From Eledone cirrhosa (taxonomy: Eukaryota), in the NCBI GenBank assembly GCA_964016885.1, contig OZ024750.1, positions 23,312,001 to 23,376,000 of the forward strand: 64,000 nt of DNA. The letters are read 5' to 3'. The notes under the pieces were generated by a model, which was not told the DNA's origin, did not search any database, and saw only the letters and a list, made by a program, of their open reading frames with translations. Position numbers and translations under genes: made by a program. Positions 63,346 through 64,000 of this stretch are shown in pieces (positions within the stretch are counted from its first letter, which is position 1; the number at the start of each line of letters is the position of its first letter).

Positions 63346-64000
63346 ACATTGAATAAAAATAAACTTCAGTTAACTAATATCTATATAATTAGTGGACGAA
63401 AATCTTCCTTTAAAGGTCCTTCAAATTAAAAATAAATAAAACCAAATAAGCAAGGGAGATAACTCAAATACAACTCGTCTACCCAAAACTTTAAAAAATG
63501 AAGATGATGTAGATTGTTAATGGATCTCGTCTTTAATGCTAGTGATGAGAGACAAGAGATAATACAGGCTGTGAGAAGACTCTTCAGTATGGACGAACAT
63601 GTGGCAAACTTTAGTGCTGCTGCCACAATAATATGCACCAAATACACCCTGTAAAGCGTTAGTGCTGATAAAACACACTCACCCCACTCTGTAAAGTCGT
63701 AGTCCTGGTGCCACGAAAAAATGCACCCAGTACGCTGCTCTGTAAAATGGTAGTGCTGGTATCACTAACAATAAAACGCATCGAGAACATTCTGTAAAGT
63801 GGTAGTGCTAGTGATACAAAAAAGCGCACTCAGTAAATACATCCTGTATTGGCGTTAAGAGTAACATCACTTGCAATTGAGTATGATTTGGTAGTAATGA
63901 GGCTGCTTGAGCTAATTGTTGTAAATACCCAGGCAATTATGCGCATACATAGGCACCTTCTAAAAAAATGGAACATTCAGGATGTTACAGCTGGGGAAAG

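Overview
AT-rich, microsatellite- and retroposon-dense animal genomic DNA. The SINE repertoire looks like an octopod cephalopod (inference). Three minus-strand genes can be read. (1) A complete 8-coding-exon arylsulfatase B-like gene (43755->31213, 1479-nt CDS, 492 aa, intact CTPTR formylglycine motif) with a probable extra intron in its 3' UTR. (2) A spliced 74-aa microprotein with an acidic N-half and basic C-tail (58550->55919) that the ORF track misses. (3) A probable signal-peptide first exon (9304->9238), possibly followed by a 15-nt microexon, of a gene running off the left edge. The rest is repeats: tRNA-derived SINEs with long TSDs (including a 5-copy tandem array), TTAA-flanked piggyBac-type MITEs, hAT and Tigger-like MITEs, RTE/CR1/RLE-type LINE fragments, several minisatellites and a ~6-kb (GGT)n-AATGGCTGTGCCAAT array that folds back on its left flank. 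The most unusual signals are type I hammerhead-ribozyme folds and hammerhead-derived palindromes in short elements embedded in (TA)n tracts (one is sense within an ARSB intron), and a set of related RTE-like short elements stacked inside (CATA)n tracts. Most long ORFs in the supplied track are microsatellite read-through, not genes.
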